Assembly (NCBI GenBank): GCA_003971905.1
Contig: RSEE01000084.1
Span: 248,001-308,290, forward strand
Reading direction: 5' to 3'
DNA length: 60,290 bases
Source of the DNA: Moniliella sp. 'wahieum'
Taxonomy: Eukaryota
A program made the position numbers and the translations under genes. This document shows, in pieces, positions 12,367-22,096 of this stretch; within the stretch, counting starts at the first letter, position 1; every line of letters starts with the position of its first letter. A model generated the notes under the pieces. That model was given only the letters and a program-made list of their open reading frames with translations. It was not told the DNA's origin and did no database searches.

Positions 12367-13763
12367 ATGCCCACCTTCACCGTGCTCGACGCGCCCTCCG
12401 TCGCGCCCCCGGCCTACGCCACCAGCCCCCCCGCCCCACACCCGCACCCGCAATGGCTCCTTCAAATCGCCCTGGGCCTCGGCTGGCGCTCCCCCGGTCT
12501 CGTCGGCCCGCGCGGCCTGCCCACCGTCGCTGCCGCCTCCTCGCCCGATCCCCAGACGCGGCGGACCCAACCCCCTTCCCCGGCGGCGATGCCCTCCCGC
12601 CAGTCGAGGATGCACCTTCCAGCCTCCGCCGTCGGCCACAGTAGCAGCCACCGATCATCTATACCTGGCTCGGCCACGCTGCCAGCCACATCCAGCTTCC
12701 TACCGGCAAGGGCAAGCGCCTCGTTGTTCTCACCGACCCGGTGTTTTCCCACCGCTGGTACGTCCCCAGCATCCAGCCCCCCTCCCCTCCCCCCCTCCAC
12801 ACGCTCAGATGAACTGACCTCGTTTTCTTTTTATCCCCCCCTGCCTCCTAGCTCACCTTTTACTTTCTCGGCCCCGCCCGCTTTACCCGTTGCCCACTAG
12901 TGTTGAGCAGCTTGCTCAGCTTCCCGGTGCCTGGCCTGACGTTCTCGTTATTTCCCACAATCACTATGATCATACCGACGTTGCCACCCTCTCCGCCATC
13001 TTAGCCCAAGCTAACTCGGAACAAGGCCGATCTGTTCCCCACGTCTTTTGTACTCTGGGTACAAAGCGCTGGTTTGCTTCGCTTGGGTTCCCTTCTGATG
13101 GGATTACGGAGCTGGACTGGTGGCAGGCCCGTATTCTCGAACGCGATGATGGTGCTCGTGTCCGTGTGACGGCTGTGCCCGCCCAACACTTTAGCTCTCG
13201 AGGACTCCTGGACCGCAACAAGACCCTATGGGCTGGGTTTACGGTGGAGGTACTGCAGGACGACAAGCCCACGCCAAGGTCTACTTTGCTGGAGATGTAC
13301 GCAGAATCCTCCTTGCTTTACGTTGGTACTGACCCATCCCCCCTTTCCTTCCGACATTTCCTCTTCAGACGGGTTATCGCTCGATTCCCCAAGGATCGAC
13401 CGAGAAGAAGAGATTGCTACACTCCCCACCTGCCCTGCCTTCCGCGAGGTAGGCGAAACTTTGGGTCCGTTCGACTTGAGCATGATCCCAATCGGTGCCT
13501 ATGGCCCGCGTGGCTTTTCTCCCCATCCATATCGGGCCTGGGAGGCAGTCCAGATGCACCAAGAGGTGCGGTCGCGCAGACGATTGGCATCCATTGGGGG
13601 CGTGTGGAAGTTGACCTCTGAGCCCGCGAGCGAACCCAAATTGGTCCTGGCTCAGAGGCCGATAAGGCCGGCCTCGACCCCGACGAGTTTTACCACGTCT
13701 GGCATTGGCCAGACCATTGTCGTTCCCACCGCGTTTGAGCCAACCTGGCGTTCAGGCGTCTGA
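12367..13763 (+). CDS. N-acyl-phosphatidylethanolamine phospholipase D (metallo-beta-lactamase fold, Fmp30-like)
   Basis: WLGHA, LTDPVFS, VISHNHYDHTD (HxHxDH), ELDWWQ, PAQHFSSRGLLDRNKTLWAGF, GPFDLSMIPIGAY, IGIHWG; probable intron ~12757-12900. Confidence 0.9.
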
Positions 13764-13908
13764 AGTTCCCTGCTCATTATTATTTTCGGCTGCTGAACTA
13801 GCGCTGACCTGTTTTTATCCCCACTCTTTTGCTGCACCGCCCCTTGCAATGAGGAGACGTCTAGCTTACGCTGCATTTCTTGTACACAAGCAAGGACGAG
13901 GCAATGAA

Positions 13909-14681
13909 TCATTGCTTGGGCAGCACTTTTTCAAGCCAAGTTGCGATGTGCTCCACCTCCTCCATACAAACACTGTGGCCCATATTCTTGTAGGTGTGGA
14001 ACTCCAAACCGGCATACTGACCCTTGTGCGGGCCATCGCCAATTTGGCGGAAGGGTCCGAAATGGAGGTCATCCCTGATAAACTTGACGGCACTCGGGGC
14101 AAACGAGTATTGCACTACCGGATCTGCCTCCCCATGGCCATGGAACGCAGGCACCAGGGTGGCGACTCGACATTTTCAAACCATGCCTGGATCTTGCTCC
14201 GCAACAGCAGCCGGCCGATAAGGCAATGAACCCGCCGACCGGCCGTTTCTCCTCTGACACTGAGGAAAGACCGGCGAGATAAGCAGAGCCGCACCCTGAC
14301 TAAATCCCATACACGATCCTTTCCCGCGCGATCTGGGTGCCGGCCAATTCGGGACCAGTCCCTGCTCTTCCGCCCGAGCAAGAGCCTTGATCGCCTCGAG
14401 TGACTTGAGCAGCCCGGCCTCGTCCTCGTTACCGTCGGAGACGTTGAGCTGGCGAATGTCGAACCAGGCCGTCATCTTGCTGCCCCCATTGAGCGTGCGT
14501 GATGGCTGCACTGGAGCTGTGGGCAGGACAAACCGCACGTGGCTCAACGATGGACGACGAGACAGCATCTCACACACATCCACCCACCCGGCCCCCGTGT
14601 CTCCGAGACATGGGCAAAGATGACACTGGCCGTCGGGGCTCCCGATGCTGGGTTGATCACAAGGGTCTTCAAGACGCTCAT
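13909..14681 (-). CDS. Acyl-protein thioesterase/lysophospholipase, tandem copy A (frameshifted; assembly error or pseudogene)
   Basis: ASVIFAH.LGDTGAGW, RFVLPTAP, MTAWFDI, GFSQG, HGHGEADPVV, MGHS motifs spread over three frames; clearly paralogous to 15520-16293. Confidence 0.85.
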
Positions 14682-15519
14682 GCGGCCAGAGGTGGGGTCC
14701 ACGATTGGGGGTACCAGAGACAGAGGTGGTGGTTGTACTCGGTGTGCCGAGGGGATTGGGGCCGTCCATTTGTACCACCACGCGCCGCAATGCCACAGCA
14801 GCGCCGCCTTCCATTCCGTTCCGAGACCCCAGACCCCCAGGGAACGCAGCACGCTAAGCGTGTTTATTACGTGCCCCGACCCGCCGGCCATAAGGCCCAC
14901 GCCCGTTATAAGGCCCAAGGGTAACCGGTAAGCTCTGCAACCCAAGGACAACCGTACTGTGCACTGACATGTACTGACATGCGACACGTGTTGTTGCACC
15001 GATGCACCTATGGCTCTGGCATTCCTGTTGTGCCCCCACATAGTAGAGGGTGCGGCCATCACCATCGGTGACTTATTCGTTGGCGGTACCATGATGCATG
15101 GCGTGGTGTCAATGAAGCCACTGAATTCTGCGCCTTAATCCACTGGGCCATACCCTCGTACAAGCACTGATGATGACAGAACGCTCTTTGGCCCTAGTGC
15201 GCCCACGAGGTGTCAATATTCACCTGGCTCATCCTTGTGATCGCCCATTCGATAGATTCCGATGCATTCCACTGTAATGATCCGGCGCCACTCATCTCGC
15301 GGCCACTTGCAGACAATGAGGATCGCCTAAACAGTAGCAGAGAAGCATGGGGATGGCGGTACCATCTACGTAGGCTAGGATGATGGGTTGGTTAGCGCCG
15401 GAACGTTGTGGCGAAGCACACGGCTTTAGATCTCGGCGACACTTATCTCGCCAAGAGAAGAAACATCTACTACTCCGCCTCCTCCCCCCTATGCACAAAA
15501 GCAAGGGAAACATAGTGAA

Positions 15520-16293
15520 TTACTCATTGGGCACCATCTTTTCGAGCCAAGCTGCGATCGCATCCACCTCCTCCATGCAAGCGCTGTGGGCCATGTGCTT
15601 GTACGTGTGGAAATCGACGCCGGTGTACCGGCCCTTGCGCGGGCCATCGCCAATTTGACGGAACGACCCGAGGCAGAGACCTTCCTTGAGGAACTCGACG
15701 GAGCGCTGGCCAAACGTGTATTGCACCACCGGGTCTGCATCACCATGGCCATGGAACACAGGCAACTGGGGGGGAGCCTCCGCATCCTTAAACCAGCCTT
15801 GGACCTTGGCTCGGAGCGGGAGCCAGCCAGACAAAGCAATGAACCCAGCCACTGGGCGCTTTTCCAACGAAATGGAGGAAAGGCCTGCGAGGTACGACAA
15901 GGCGGCCCCCTGACTAAACCCACCATATACGATTCTCTCCCGGGCAATCTTGCCAGCTGCATCTGTGCCGGTGCCTTGCTCCTCGGCCTGCGCAAGGGCC
16001 TTGATGGCTTCGAGCGACTTGAGAAGACCCGCCTCGTCCTCTTTGCCCTGGATATCGTCGAGAGTATGGATGTCGAACCAGGAGGTCATCTTCATGCCAA
16101 AGTTGAGCGTGACCGGCTGCACAGGGGCGGTGGGCAGAACGAAGCGCACGTGGCTCAGGGACGGGCGACGAGACAGCAATTGACACACATCAATCCACCC
16201 GGCACTCGTGTCCCCGAGGCCGTGTGCGAAGATGACACTGGCCGTCGGCACGCCTGAGGCGGGATTGATCACGATGGTCTTCAGGGCACTCAT
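15520..16293 (-). CDS. Acyl-protein thioesterase 1/lysophospholipase, tandem copy B (intact, intronless)
   Basis: Uninterrupted ORF with HGLGD, PTAPVQPVTLNFGMKMTSWFDI, GGFSQG (Ser), HGDADPVV (Asp) and MAHSA (His). Confidence 0.95.
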   Translation of the reverse strand: MSALKTIVINPASGVPTASVIFAHGLGDTSAGWIDVCQLLSRRPSLSHVRFVLPTAPVQPVTLNFGMKMTSWFDIHTLDDIQGKEDEAGLLKSLEAIKALAQAEEQGTGTDAAGKIARERIVYGGFSQGAALSYLAGLSSISLEKRPVAGFIALSGWLPLRAKVQGWFKDAEAPPQLPVFHGHGDADPVVQYTFGQRSVEFLKEGLCLGSFRQIGDGPRKGRYTGVDFHTYKHMAHSACMEEVDAIAAWLEKMVPNE

Positions 16294-16744
16294 GGCACAA
16301 CCGTTGATGGAGGTAGTGAGCGGCAACAGCAATCCGCACGTCCCCACCTGGCCCGGCTGCGGATTGCGGGATAGCGTGTTGCACCGAAGGGAGTGGGCAA
16401 GCGGTCCCAGATTTTAGATCACCGATCTCAGATCTCAACGAAAATGCTAACTTGACGCGTGGCATTGAATATTGAACGTTTAACTTTCCCATTGATGGAA
16501 CCTGCCGACGGCTCTTGCGTCCGCCGTTCGAATTCCGCCTCCTCGGGGGCGAGTGGAGAAAGACGGGGTGACGCGTGACGGGTTACCGGTTATGCAGAGG
16601 CCGCACTTGTGTTGTCCACTTATCAATGTCCGCTGCCAGTCAGCATCTCCCCGTGTGACTCGGGTTGCTGCCATATTATTGGCCGAGAGCCGCTCCCCCG
16701 CTCAGGCCCTCAGGCCCCACCGCCAGTCCATCCACTCCGTTACT

Positions 16745-17042
16745 ATGCCCGTCGCACACAGTGCTCCTCCCCACACCACCCCTCCCCCCATGTCGACTAC
16801 GCCAGCACGTGGATGAGTGCGGCGCTCAACACATGGCCCTCGCCTGCGATCCGCGGTCTGTTCCCCTACGAGCAGGTGCCCGGCATGGTTTCCTTCTTGG
16901 CCGGCAAGCCCAACCCGGGTGCCTTTCCCGTGCGCGGCATGTGCGTCGACGTCACCAACCCACACACCGGCGTCCCGGACAAGTTGCGCGTTTCCCCCGA
17001 GGACCTAGAAAGCAGCTTGCAGTACGGCATGTCGGCCGGCTT
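16745..17042 (+). pseudogene. 5' part of a class I/II PLP aminotransferase (Aro8/AADAT-like), interrupted by the copia element
   Basis: PSPAIRGLFPYEQVPGMVSFLAGKPNP..FP and SLQYGMSAG are typical N-terminal Aro8/AADAT motifs. The frame continues as LPSLV at 22100 once the element and one TSD copy are removed. Confidence 0.9.
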
Positions 17043-17202
17043 TGTCGGCCTCGCTACTACCACAGAATGTGAGCACTGAACGTCGTATTTGACTAAGAAG
17101 CTTCTGCGACTGACTCGTCCAGAAGACTGGTGCGAGCTCGGAAGGAATGAAAGCTGACTCACGTGACTCAGGGTCCGCGCGGTCCTAGGACGGATGTCAA
17201 CA
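17043..17202 (-). repeat. 3' LTR (160 bp)
   Basis: Identical to 21937-22096 except T17090 versus G21984; element-strand termini TGTTGAC...CCGACA. Confidence 0.97.
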
Positions 17203-20200
17203 CCCCCGCTGACCGGAGGGCCCAGTCATGTGGACTGGATCCATCTCCTCGACGCGGAGTTGAGCAAGATGGCTTGTCAGGGCGGGACGGCCGAGAGGCT
17301 TGGTGAGGACGTCCGCTGGGTTCCTTTCGCCGGGGATGTGTACAAGTATGGCCTCGCCCGAGTCCACGTGTTGCCGTACATTGTGGTACCGGATCTTCAG
17401 CTCTCGGAGCTTGCCGGTGCTGCCAAATTTGTGGGCGAGATCGACGACAGACTTATTGTCGCAATACCAATGAATGGGTGTACCCTCGCCGATGGCCCCA
17501 AGCTCGATCATGATGTTCTTGACATAGTTGGCGTCAACCAGTCCATCATATCCTGCCGTATATTCGGCGGCGGCGGTACTGGTAACGCTCTTCGGCTGAA
17601 GAATGGATCGCCACGACACCGGCACACCGTACACCATCAGTAGGCATCCAGATGTGGAGCGTGCCTGGATGGGATCTCCCGCCAAGTCGGAATCTGTATA
17701 CAGCGCAATGGCCGGTGCATCTGATGTTGGGGTCAACCTCAGGCCCTTTCCTCGAGTATGGTACAGGTAGCGAAGGAAGTCATCGACTGCTTGATGATGC
17801 TGCTGCGATGGGTCGGCAGCGGCTCTGCTGAGGGCCGTGATAGCGAAGAGGGAGTCAGGCCGGCCCATTCGTGCAGCCCACAGTCCCGATCCGATCTTCC
17901 CCTGATATGCCTTGCGCAAGGCTGGGAGGGATGGGGGTTCAGGGTCGGCACGGGGCGGTATCATCCGTACGGGATGTGGGAGAGTCCGGATCCACGGGGC
18001 TTTGATGTGGTGCTTTGCCACCACTTCCTCGATGAACTTTGGTTGGCTCAGGTACAGCTCCCCACCGATCCGATCGTATTGGCATCCCAGGTGGTAGTGA
18101 AGGGGACCGTTACCACGAACATCAATGTGTGTGTTTATCTCGGCCATAAACTCCTCGTACTTTTGGTGTGACTTGCATGCGAGGAGCAGATCGTCGGTGT
18201 GGACCGCCAGGAGGATCTGCTCACCCGGTGGTGCAGCGCGCACGAACAAGCAGGGCTCGGTCAAGCTTTGCGTGAAGCCGAGCTTGTCACGCAGCAGGTT
18301 CCGGATGTATCGTGCCCAGTTTGCTCCGCTCTGATGTAGCCCGTATAGACTCTTCTTGAGACGCCACACGCGACCACCCGCTTCGGGGAAGTAGGGGGGT
18401 GGGCGGATGTAGACTGCTTCTTCGAGGGGGGCGTTCAGGTACGCTGCATTGACGTCCGCCGAGAAGAGGCCAAACTTATACTTCTCGGCCAGCACGACGA
18501 GGGTCAGGATGGCAGGTGTGCGCACCGATGGTGCGAACGTCTGGCCCCAAGTCTCGGCCGATTGTTGGTGTCCGCCCGCGACAAAGCGCGCGCGGTGGCG
18601 CAGGAACCGGCCCTCGGCGTCCGTCTTTGTGGTGATGCGCCATAGTCCTATGAGGATTTGTGCACCCGGTGGTGGGTACGTAGCCTCGTAGGTGCCGTAT
18701 CGCGCGAGTGTGGCCACCTCGTCGGCCATAGCCTGCTTGACCATGGCAAAGGAGGGGTGAGTCTCGAGACCCTTGAGCGTCTTGGGAGCGAGGGGTACGC
18801 CATCCTTGGTGAGCTGAACCGTGTCCGGGTGGATGGGTGCGCTGAGAGCAGTCATGGGGCGTATTGGAGGTTGAACTGTGTCGGCAAACGGGGGGGCGGA
18901 TGTGTCAGGTAGGGGGCGGGCGATGCCGATCTCTGGTGCGGCGCAGTGGGGCGTGGCGGCTGCAGCACGAGCATGGTAGGTCGTGTCGGTGGGGTCGTCA
19001 GCGATTGGGAGTGTGTGCAGGTCGAGGGAGGTGCGGGTGGTGCGCTGGCGGAGGGGGTAGCGGCGCGGAGGGGGGGTGGTGGTGGGAGCGGGTGTCTGGG
19101 GTGTGGCGGCGGTTCGGGGCATGGGTGCTGCCGCGGCTGGCGGAGTAGGGTTAGCGTCTTTTTCACTGTCGATTTTAATTTGAGGTGATTTGGAGATGTC
19201 GGGTGGGAAGTGGTCGGGGTGGAGATGGGGGTAGATGGCGTTGCCCCATTTGTACGGTTTCGACCAGCGGTAGGTGAAGGTACCCAGGGATGGTTGGTAT
19301 GTGGCGAAGAGCCATCCCTTTGATCCGCGCTGATGGTGGTATCCTACCAGCATACCTTCCTCTGCCCGCGCGCTGAGCTTGTGCTCGCGGCGTGACTCGG
19401 GCAGATGGAGGTATGCAACGCGGCCAAAGGGTTGCATCGGTAACGAGTATGCGTGGCCTTTGTATCGCTCAAATCGCGATTTGTTGTCTTCCCCGGATGT
19501 TTTGAGTGGCATTTGGTTTTGGGTGAAGCACGCAGCGTGGAGGCTGTGTTCCCACCAGTCCGACGTCGGAAGACCTGTACCCAAGAGCAACTGCCTTGCA
19601 CGAGTCGTTATGGTTCGGATGGCACGCTCAGCCACACCGTTGCTAGCACTCTGCCCCGGGATTGTCCGTTCTGACGTGATGCCTTGCTCGTCCAGAAAAG
19701 GTTGCAGTGCGCTTGTCAATTCGGGGGCGTTGTCCGTGCGCAAAGTCCGCAGCAGTCTGTCCGGGCCGTAGCGTTGCTCCCGCAATATGAGGTTCCGCAG
19801 TTCCTTCGTTGCAGCGCCCTTTGTCGGGATCGCTGTGGTGAAGACGTACCGCGTGAAGTCATCAACGGCGACGAGGGCGTATCCGTGCCCCATGCCGGTT
19901 ACCCGGGGGAGGTCTACTACGTCGACGTGGAGGACCTCGAAAGGTCTTTTGGATCGGAGGCGGTCCCGGCTCGGATGGGGCGATGCTGTCGCTAGTGCCA
20001 CCGCGCATGTTGGGCAATCCCACTCTGAACGACAGAGGGAGATATGCTTGGCTGTGACGCGGAGGCCTGCGGTTTCCGATCGTGTAAGCCAGGGGAGGAG
20101 GTCGATGGCTGCGTGGTTCCAGCGTTTGTGGGCTTTAGAGACGTGGTCCAGGGCCAGGGATGCTGCGAGGGAGTTTGGGGTTGAGGGTGGGTCGGCCGGT

Positions 20201-20637
20201 TTGATCGGTTTGGTCGCCATGGCCCGCAGGGGTGTGGGTGGCGTTCGCGGGTTGTGTAAGATCGTGAATTGATAGTCACTGCCGGTTACTTTTCGTAGGG
20301 TGGATCCTGGGTTACCAAGCCAGATACCCTTCTGGTGTGGGGCGAAGTATGATGCGATTCCGGTGTTCGACAGGTGTGCTACACTGACGAGATTTCGGCT
20401 GAAACGGGGCATGTATAGGCTGTTGGGGAGTTTTATCTCCATTTGGTGTCCTCCTAAGCATCGGATACGGATTGTGGCCGTGCCTCGTCCTTCCGCCTTT
20501 ACATGTGTCCCGTTAGCAACCTCTATCTCGTCGTCGCAAGGGGTCATGGATGTGAAGACGGATTTGTCTTTCCAAATGGATGGGAATGCCCCACTGTCAT
20601 ATAATGCCCGGATGATTCGCATTTCGCCCCCGAGTTC
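17197..20637 (-). CDS. pol: Copia Pol polyprotein (protease, integrase, reverse transcriptase, RNase H)
   Basis: YDSGA protease; HKRWNH...CPTC integrase Zn finger; LHVD / RTDNAPE / NGVAERAIRT DDE; ADVNAAYLNA, LKKSLYGLHQSG, VHTDD RT; YTDSD, CDNKS, NPADVLTK RNase H. Open from the gag TAG to a TGA inside the 3' LTR. Confidence 0.97.
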   Translation of the reverse strand, partial: ELGGEMRIIRALYDSGAFPSIWKDKSVFTSMTPCDDEIEVANGTHVKAEGRGTATIRIRCLGGHQMEIKLPNSLYMPRFSRNLVSVAHLSNTGIASYFAPHQKGIWLGNPGSTLRKVTGSDYQFTILHNPRTPPTPLRAMATKPIKPADPPSTPNSLAASLALDHVSKAHKRWNHAAIDLLPWLTRSETAGLRVTAKHISLCRSEWDCPTCAVALATASPHPSRDRLRSKRPFEVLHVDVVDLPRVTGMGHGYALVAVDDFTRYVFTTAIPTKGAATKELRNLILREQRYGPDRLLRTLRTDNAPELTSALQPFLDEQGITSERTIPGQSASNGVAERAIRTITTRARQLLLGTGLPTSDWWEHSLHAACFTQNQMPLKTSGEDNKSRFERYKGHAYSLPMQPFGRVAYLHLPESRREHKLSARAEEGMLVGYHHQRGSKGWLFATYQPSLGTFTYRWSKPYKWGNAIYPHLHPDHFPPDISKSPQIKIDSEKDANPTPPAAAAPMPRTAATPQTPAPTTTPPPRRYPLRQRTTRTSLDLHTLPIADDPTDTTYHARAAAATPHCAAPEIGIARPLPDTSAPPFADTVQPPIRPMTALSAPIHPDTVQLTKDGVPLAPKTLKGLETHPSFAMVKQAMADEVATLARYGTYEATYPPPGAQILIGLWRITTKTDAEGRFLRHRARFVAGGHQQSAETWGQTFAPSVRTPAILTLVVLAEKYKFGLFSADVNAAYLNAPLEEAVYIRPPPYFPEAGGRVWRLKKSLYGLHQSGANWARYIRNLLRDKLGFTQSLTEPCLFVRAAPPGEQILLAVHTDDLLLACKSHQKYEEFMAEINTHIDVRGNGPLHYHLGCQYDRIGGELYLSQPKFIEEVVAKHHIKAPWIRTLPHPVRMIPPRADPEPPSLPALRKAYQGKIGSGLWAARMGRPDSLFAITALSRAAADPSQQHHQAVDDFLRYLYHTRGKGLRLTPTSDAPAIALYTDSDLAGDPIQARSTSGCLLMVYGVPVSWRSILQPKSVTSTAAAEYTAGYDGLVDANYVKNIMIELGAIGEGTPIHWYCDNKSVVDLAHKFGSTGKLRELKIRYHNVRQHVDSGEAILVHIPGERNPADVLTKPLGRPALTSHLAQLRVEEMDPVHMTGPSGQRGC

Positions 20638-21882
20638 CTAGTAGTCAGCTGTGCCCGCATCAACGTCAATCACTTCAGACTCGGGAGAGCTCGCTCTCTG
20701 AGCGACGTGAGCGTTGGCTCGGGGGTTGCGCGGAGGGACAACAGGTTTATTAGACGTCGCGCTGCGCCAGGGTTGGTTGGTGCGGTCTTGCCCCTTGGTC
20801 TTTGTGTCCGCGAGGTTGTCGTCGCCGGCTTTGCCCCCGCTGGAGTTTTTTCCCCCGCTGGTGGGTCGTCCCCCGCTGTCGGGTCGAGTCCAAGGCGTTC
20901 CTCCGTTGACCGGCTTGCCTCCGTTTCTCTTCCTTTCTCCACCGGGATACGTGGCGGCTGGTATGTCCATCACGGCCTGCCGTAACTTGTCTAGACTCGA
21001 GCGCTCTTCACGCTGGCGAATGCTCATGTCGCGTAAGCCGAGTAGGATCCCAGTGCGTTCCTGCTCTTCCGTAAGTGGGATGCCCGCTCGCGTCAGGCTT
21101 GCACTGATCTCTTCCATGTAGTCGAGGTAGTCTCGACCCGATCGGTTTCCTTGGTCGGCCGAAAAGTAGCGAATGAGTAGAGGCCCTCTGTTTGCGGTAG
21201 GCGTATATCCATACCGCTGACGCAGCATGTTCAGCGTGTCCTGGGTGCATGATATTTCGTGGTGGGTGCGGATCGTCCGGAAGAGGGTTGACGGCATGGC
21301 TTCCCTAAGAAGGTTGTGCAAGCGTCTGTCGAGGTCCTCGGTGAAGTAGCGGGAGCTGCGACCATTCTGGACGACGTCGCTTGCGTGGGGGTGGGCATCT
21401 GTTATCGCGAAGAGAAATTCGTCTTCCCAAGCGCTGTAGGCGGACGGGTCTTTGTTCAGATCAGGCCACTTGATATTCTTGGTGGGAGACTCGCGTAGTG
21501 ATCTGTAAAGGTCGTACTCGGGTCGCGAGGCTGCGCCTGTAGGTGCCCCCAAAGTTGCGTTGGGTTGAGTTTCCATTTGGTGGATGTTTTGCACCACAAA
21601 ATTCGTAGCCCGTCGAACCCAGTTTGTCGTGATAGACGTAGGTTCGTCCTTCCATCCAAGCCACTCGGCTCTGTCGTGTATAGCTCTGTTGATCTTCTCT
21701 TTAACGACATCGATGTCGTTCGTCTTCTTGAACCACAGGTGCGCTTCGGCGCAAAGCATCATGAGTTCCTCGTTGTCGGTGCCAATCGGTGGCGGATCGC
21801 GACCGGTTGGTGTCCAGTAATCGCGCTTGTTCACCATTGTGGTGTCGCTGACCGAGAGATCGGTGTTAGCGTTGGCGCCCAT
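20638..21882 (-). CDS. gag: Copia Gag (414 aa from ATG 21882)
   Basis: ORF starts 55 nt inside the 5' LTR boundary; capsid-like helical region (YSAWEDEF...LRQRYG...ILLGL) and a basic Gly/Pro-rich tail; ends in a TAG in frame with pol. Confidence 0.85.
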   Translation of the reverse strand: MGANANTDLSVSDTTMVNKRDYWTPTGRDPPPIGTDNEELMMLCAEAHLWFKKTNDIDVVKEKINRAIHDRAEWLGWKDEPTSITTNWVRRATNFVVQNIHQMETQPNATLGAPTGAASRPEYDLYRSLRESPTKNIKWPDLNKDPSAYSAWEDEFLFAITDAHPHASDVVQNGRSSRYFTEDLDRRLHNLLREAMPSTLFRTIRTHHEISCTQDTLNMLRQRYGYTPTANRGPLLIRYFSADQGNRSGRDYLDYMEEISASLTRAGIPLTEEQERTGILLGLRDMSIRQREERSSLDKLRQAVMDIPAATYPGGERKRNGGKPVNGGTPWTRPDSGGRPTSGGKNSSGGKAGDDNLADTKTKGQDRTNQPWRSATSNKPVVPPRNPRANAHVAQRASSPESEVIDVDAGTADY

Positions 21883-21936
21883 GGTTGTGGGTGTAGTTTT
21901 GGCCAGCTCAGGGATGAGCAGATAAGGATGTAACTC

Positions 21937-22096
21937 TGTCGGCCTCGCTACTACCACAGAATGTGAGCACTGAACGTCGTATTGGACTAAGAAGCTTCTG
22001 CGACTGACTCGTCCAGAAGACTGGTGCGAGCTCGGAAGGAATGAAAGCTGACTCACGTGACTCAGGGTCCGCGCGGTCCTAGGACGGATGTCAACA
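21937..22096 (-). repeat. 5' LTR (160 bp)
   Basis: Direct repeat of 17043-17202, followed on the + strand by the TSD GGCTT. Confidence 0.97.
22049..22064. promoter_or_regulatory. Tandem Gcn4/AP-1 consensus sites overlapping a CACGTG E-box in the LTR (also at 17155-17170)
   Basis: TGACTCACGTGACTCA contains two perfect TGACTCA sites; a third TGACTC lies upstream in the LTR. Confidence 0.5.

Larger units (their letters stand above)
17043..22096 (-). mobile_element. Full-length Ty1/copia LTR retrotransposon, 5054 bp
   Basis: Two 160-bp LTRs (TG...CA), 5-bp TSD GGCTT at 17038-17042 and 22097-22101, a gag ORF and a pol ORF in PR-IN-RT-RNaseH order, short G-rich PPT next to the 3' LTR. Confidence 0.98.

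Noticed and set aside
20638..20640. Genome-wide TAG reassignment as the explanation for the gag-pol stop
   Set aside because: Host genes in the window (exchanger, WD40, TTL) end at TAG in the expected positions.
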